From contig JABIGM010000048.1 in the NCBI GenBank assembly GCA_018650165.1, positions 1-16,168 of the forward strand: a stretch of DNA of 16,168 bases. Direction: 5' to 3'. Each line of letters starts with the position of its first letter. Positions within the stretch are counted from its first letter, which is position 1. Below the pieces are notes generated by a model. That model was not told where the DNA came from, did not search any database, and saw only the letters and a list, made by a program, of their open reading frames with translations. This document shows positions 15,372-16,168 of the stretch, in pieces. Both the position numbers and the translations under genes were made by a program. This DNA is from Methanobacteriota archaeon (GTDB taxonomy: Archaea; Thermoplasmatota; Poseidoniia; Poseidoniales; Poseidoniaceae).

Positions 15372-16168
15372 ATGATGGCAACTGTTCGCCTCGACCAAAA
15401 ATCACGAGCAATTGTGCGTTCAATTTCGAATTCTTACACCAGTGCAATAGCCAAATTTTTCGGTAGCGGACCTACAGAAATCGAACTAGCAAGAGCACAA
15501 CATGGCGCCTATGTAGCCGCAATGGAATCGAATGGCGTTCAAGTTACTACTATCGCTGCAGATCACAATCATCCAGATTGTGTATTCGTCGAAGACCAGG
15601 CCGTAGTTATTGATGGGCACGTGTTGCTTCCTGTTCCGGGACACGAATCTCGCCGGGGCGAGCAGCCCCCAATTGCCAATTTTCTATCAAGTGTTCTCCA
15701 CGGCCACCAAATTTGCAAAATGGTGCCCCCGGCAATGATGGACGGCGGGGATATTTTACGATTAGGAAACTTATTTTTTGTGGGGCGTTCTACCCGGACA
15801 AACGACGCAGGTATTGGCGAATTGAAAGAATTACTCGATCATCTTGGACACGAACTTCGCGTAGTTGATATTCCGCCCCACGCTCTACACCTGACAAGTA
15901 TTTCTTCAACGCCTTCCGACAAAGTAATCCTTGTTCCTGAAGGTTATCTAACTCCTGAATCCTTTGGCGAAATGCCAGAAGGCTGTGAAGTAATAATGCT
16001 CCCTGAAGAGGAAGCATATGGCTGCAATACAATCGGTCTGCCAGGGAACAAAGTCATCGTTGCCAAAGGATATCCAACTGTCAAATCTGCCCTTGAGGAA
16101 AAAGGATTTGAATGTATAATTCTTGATATGAGTGAGATAAGAGCTGCCGATGGCTCCTTGACCTGCTG
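15372..16168 (+). CDS. ddaH: Dimethylarginine dimethylaminohydrolase (DDAH; amidinotransferase superfamily), 3'-truncated by the window edge
   Basis: My manual translation is open from the ATG at 15372 (or 15375) to the window end: MMATVRLDQKSRAIVR...LARAQHGAYV...PDCVFVEDQAVV...ESRRGE...MDGGDIL...GRSTRTN...ALHLTS...EEEAYGCN...DMSEIRAADGSLTC. FVED is at 15585-15596 and the catalytic Cys codon at 16164-16166. It is missing from the track, presumably because there is no stop in the window. Confidence 0.9.
   Translation, partial: MMATVRLDQKSRAIVRSISNSYTSAIAKFFGSGPTEIELARAQHGAYVAAMESNGVQVTTIAADHNHPDCVFVEDQAVVIDGHVLLPVPGHESRRGEQPPIANFLSSVLHGHQICKMVPPAMMDGGDILRLGNLFFVGRSTRTNDAGIGELKELLDHLGHELRVVDIPPHALHLTSISSTPSDKVILVPEGYLTPESFGEMPEGCEVIMLPEEEAYGCNTIGLPGNKVIVAKGYPTVKSALEEKGFECIILDMSEIRAADGSLTC

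Noticed and set aside
1-16168. Mobile elements, CRISPR arrays, tRNA/rRNA genes, defence genes
   Set aside because: By eye I found no transposase or integrase motifs, no regularly spaced repeats and no cloverleaf-compatible gap. The intergenic spaces are short.

Overview
A gene-dense chromosomal window with no mobile element, CRISPR array, rRNA or tRNA that I can see. The host is probably archaeal, and my inference is Thermoplasmatota, Marine Group II/Poseidoniales-like. The grounds are a GGAGGTGA ribosome-binding site, an archaeal-type M50 protease, LSGCF lipobox secreted peptidases, very short spacers and several bacterial-type genes. The left part (1-9971, all + strand) is a housekeeping run: the 3' end of a TauE/SafE-like permease, moeA, an RluA-family pseudouridine synthase, uvrA, a PurS-PurS-PurL fusion, purQ and an AlaX editing protein. 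The right part (10035-16168) is protein-catabolism rich: an orphan CxxC-x10-CxxC protein divergent from an M50 intramembrane protease, two paralogous lipoprotein M28 peptidases sharing an N-terminal domain I do not recognise, and a dimethylarginine dimethylaminohydrolase (DDAH)-family gene. That last gene runs off the window end and is absent from the ORF track. The best leads are the peptidase plus DDAH cluster, the shared M28 N-terminal domain, the orphan Zn-finger protein, a multi-hairpin purL leader and a 51-aa ORF below the track cutoff. All assignments come from motif recognition by eye; no searches or folding were run.
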